Source of the DNA: Bacteroidia bacterium
Lineage (GTDB): Bacteria; Bacteroidota; Bacteroidia; UBA7662
Assembly: GCA_046291695.1 (NCBI GenBank)
Contig: JBKBSO010000009.1
Coordinates: 1,707 to 65,706, forward strand
Direction: 5' to 3'
Length of the DNA: 64,000 bases
Part shown: positions 61,565 through 64,000 of the stretch, piece after piece
How positions within the stretch are numbered: position 1 is the first letter of the stretch
Layout: every line of letters starts with the position of its first letter
Position numbers and translations under genes: made by a program
Notes under the pieces: generated by a model
Database searches by the model: none
The model's input: the letters and a program-made list of their open reading frames with translations, nothing else
Told to the model about the DNA's origin: nothing

Positions 61565-62035
61565 ATGGGGTATTTAGCTTTTGAAGATACCAAGGTATGG
61601 CAAGAAGGAAAATCGCTTGTAAAAGAGGTTTATTTGGCCATTGAAGCAAATGATTCATTTGCTCTAGACTATGCCTTGGTGAATCAAATACGCAAGTCGG
61701 CTATTTCAATCCCATCGAATATTGCCGAAGGTTTTGAAAGAGCAAGCAATAAAGAACTCATTCAGTTTCTGTTTATAGCTAAAGGGTCTTCCGGAGAACT
61801 AAGAACCCAAATTCAACTTGCACTAGAACTTGAGTATTTATCATCTGACATTGCAAACAAACTTATCGATGAAGCTAAAACTATTAGCAGAATGCTTCAA
61901 TCCTTAATTAACTATCTAAGGAATAGCGAATTGAAAGGAGTCAAATACAGTACAGTGGTCAAAGAGCCAGAAGCCAAATATTTGGCAGAACCTGTAGATG
62001 CCCAGCTGTTTATAGATGCCCAAAACGACAATTAA
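61565..62035 (+). CDS. Four helix bundle protein (TIGR02436 / 23S rRNA IVS protein family)
   Basis: FEDTKVWQ, QIRKSAISIPSNIAEGFER, FLFIAKGSSGELRTQ; AT-rich relative to the suf genes. Confidence 0.92.
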   Translation: MGYLAFEDTKVWQEGKSLVKEVYLAIEANDSFALDYALVNQIRKSAISIPSNIAEGFERASNKELIQFLFIAKGSSGELRTQIQLALELEYLSSDIANKLIDEAKTISRMLQSLINYLRNSELKGVKYSTVVKEPEAKYLAEPVDAQLFIDAQNDN

Positions 62036-62123
62036 TATTGAATATCAAACATTTTACCTCAAATATTGAGTTAGGAATCCAAGTTCTTCGAACCTACACG
62101 TCCGAGGGCGTAGACCGAGCTTT

Positions 62124-62186
62124 TTTGAACTTTGAACCTTGAACTTTGAACCTCGAACTTTGAACCTTGAACTTTGAACTTTGAAC
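62124..62186 (+). repeat. Right heptamer array, 9 units of YTTGAAC
   Basis: TTTGAAC/CTTGAAC (one CTCGAAC) x9, ending 4 nt before the sufC ATG. Confidence 0.95.
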
Positions 62187-62190
62187 TAAC

Positions 62191-62946
62191 ATGCTACACA
62201 TAAAGAACCTCCGCGCGTCGATCGACGACAAACAAATTCTCAAAGGCATTAACCTGGAAGTAAAACCCGGTGAAGTACATGCCATCATGGGCCCCAACGG
62301 TTCGGGCAAGAGTACGCTCTCGAGTGTCATAGCTGGTCGTGAAGGCTACGAATTGAGTGGCGAAGTGCTGTTCAATGGCAACAACCTGCTAGAGATGGCC
62401 CCAGAAGTACGTGCTTGGGAAGGTATTTTTCTGGCTTTTCAGTATCCTGTTGAAATTCCTGGCGTGAGCAATACCAACTTCATGCGTACCTGCATCAACG
62501 AGCAACGCAAATACAAAGGACTTCCTGATATGGATGCTAGCACCTTTTTACGCACGATGCGCGAAAAGGCCGAATTGGTGGAGCTCGATCCCAATCTGAT
62601 GAAGCGCTCGGTAAACCAAGGCTTCTCGGGCGGCGAAAAAAAGCGTAACGAAATCTTCCAACTCGCCATGTTGGAACCGAAATTGGCCATTCTCGACGAA
62701 ACCGATTCAGGCCTCGACATCGACGCCTTGCGTATTGTATCGAAAGGAGTGAATAAGCTACGTAACAAAGACAATGCCTTTGTGGTAATTACCCACTACC
62801 AGCGACTACTCGATTACATAGTACCCGATTTTGTACACGTACTCATGAACGGTCAAATTGTGAAGTCGGGCACCAAAGAACTGGCCCTTGAGCTCGAAGA
62901 AAAAGGCTACGATTGGCTGAAGGAAGAACTAAAAGCAACGGTATGA
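62191..62946 (+). CDS. sufC: Fe-S cluster assembly ATPase SufC
   Basis: MGPNGSGKST, FQYPVEIPGV, FSGGEKKRNE, LDETDSGLDIDAL. Confidence 0.97.
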   Translation: MLHIKNLRASIDDKQILKGINLEVKPGEVHAIMGPNGSGKSTLSSVIAGREGYELSGEVLFNGNNLLEMAPEVRAWEGIFLAFQYPVEIPGVSNTNFMRTCINEQRKYKGLPDMDASTFLRTMREKAELVELDPNLMKRSVNQGFSGGEKKRNEIFQLAMLEPKLAILDETDSGLDIDALRIVSKGVNKLRNKDNAFVVITHYQRLLDYIVPDFVHVLMNGQIVKSGTKELALELEEKGYDWLKEELKATV

Positions 62947-64000
62947 GCAGCATAGCCACCAGCAGTTCCCTTACCGACCGGCTTACCATTTATGCCAATC
63001 AGCTGGCCGGAGATCCGCTCGAACTGGTTCGAAGAGAAGCAGCCGGCCATTTCGCGCGACTTGGGCTGCCAAGCACCGAGCACGAAGATTGGAAATATAC
63101 CAACTTCAAAGGCCTGCATCAGCTCGATGCGCTGGCACCATTGCCCATCCTCGACGAATCGACCATCGATTTGAGTAATTACCGCATTCCGGGCATCGAT
63201 GCTTTCGAGCTGGTGTTTGTGAATGGCCGCTTTGCAGCTAGTTTGAGCAGCCGTTTCGAAAGCGAAAAAACATTCATCAGCACCTTGGCCATGGCACGAA
63301 ACCTACGCCCGGGCCTGTTGCATGAACATTTGGGTAAATATGCACAAGCCCATAACGAAGGACTTACTGCCCTCAACACCACCTTGGCCCAAGAAGGTTT
63401 TGTGGTGCACCTGACTAAAAACGAAGTAGTCGATCGTCCCGTAGTGGTGTATCACATCAGCACCGGAACCCGCGAACGCGGCTGGAATAATATGCGCAAT
63501 TTGGTGGTTGCCGAGCAAGGAAGCCAGCTCACCATTATCGAAAAATACATCAGCGAAAGTCCGATTTTCGACAATGTGGTTACCGAAGTATTGGTGGGCG
63601 AAAATGCCGAAGTTTCGCATTATAAGCTGCAAACCCGCTATGGGGATGCCTGGCATGTAGGTACCAGCCGGGTGGAGCAAGCCCGCGACAGCCGCTACTA
63701 CAACGCTACCATCAGCTGGAGCGGCGGTTTGGTACGCAACAACCTGCAAACACGCCACAACGGCAGTCAGTGCGAAACCCATTATTACGGGCTTTATTTA
63801 CTCGACCACGACAACCTCATCGACAACCACACCCTGGTTGACCACGCCATGCCACACTGCAACAGCCACGAACTGTACAAAGGAATTGTGGGCCCGGCCG
63901 GTAAAGCAGTATTTAACGGCAAGGTATTGGTGCAACCCGATGCACAAAAAACCGATGCTTACCAAAGCAATGCCAACATTTTACTGGCCGATACCGGCAC
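62943..64000 (+). CDS. sufD: Fe-S cluster assembly protein SufD (runs off window end)
   Basis: Manual translation from ATG at 62943: ...GLPSTEHEDWKYTN...VFVNGRF...DNHTLVDHAMPHCNSHELYKG...VFNGKVLVQPDAQKTDAYQ. Confidence 0.92.
   Translation, partial: MSSIATSSSLTDRLTIYANQLAGDPLELVRREAAGHFARLGLPSTEHEDWKYTNFKGLHQLDALAPLPILDESTIDLSNYRIPGIDAFELVFVNGRFAASLSSRFESEKTFISTLAMARNLRPGLLHEHLGKYAQAHNEGLTALNTTLAQEGFVVHLTKNEVVDRPVVVYHISTGTRERGWNNMRNLVVAEQGSQLTIIEKYISESPIFDNVVTEVLVGENAEVSHYKLQTRYGDAWHVGTSRVEQARDSRYYNATISWSGGLVRNNLQTRHNGSQCETHYYGLYLLDHDNLIDNHTLVDHAMPHCNSHELYKGIVGPAGKAVFNGKVLVQPDAQKTDAYQSNANILLADTG

Noticed and set aside
61565-62035. Diversity-generating retroelement (Avd-like gene)
   Set aside because: No reverse transcriptase and no template/variable repeat pair were found in the window.
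62124-62186. Tandem array as a CRISPR, or as the coding ORF 62094..62330 (SSKFKVQ repeats)
   Set aside because: The 7-bp units have no spacers and there are no cas genes; the antisense ORF is only a translation of the repeat and of sufC.

Overview
Chromosomal segment of a Bacteroidota bacterium. The assignment rests on T9SS C-terminal sorting domains, a gldB homologue, TAnnTTTG -7 promoters and a DAHP synthase-chorismate mutase fusion. Most of the window is housekeeping: nadE (partial), trkA, udk, xseB, an aro operon, comEC, secDF, an ABC-F ATPase, ahpC, an AddA-like helicase, pstSCAB, phoD, mtgA, an LptF/LptG permease, rlmI and sufB-sufC-sufD (partial). Several T9SS cargo proteins are also present. 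No rRNA, tRNA, CRISPR array or transposase was seen. Four things stand out. (1) A four-helix-bundle (IVS/Avd-like) gene sits between sufB and sufC, bracketed by inverted arrays of a 7-bp repeat. (2) An AT-rich two-gene cassette (lipoprotein with a bacteriocin-like hydrophobic tail plus a small 2-TM protein) is flanked by a 127-bp duplication of the 3' end of a TIGR03643-family gene and lies next to a PDZ aspartyl protease. (3) A signal-peptide uORF ending in ...QALAP-stop lies directly upstream of secDF with competing RNA hairpins, a candidate secretion-monitoring arrest peptide. (4) A secreted double-retropepsin protease is coupled to a non-catalytic protein with four CBM48-like domains, divergent from a MarR gene. 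All product calls come from motif recognition by eye; no database searches were run.
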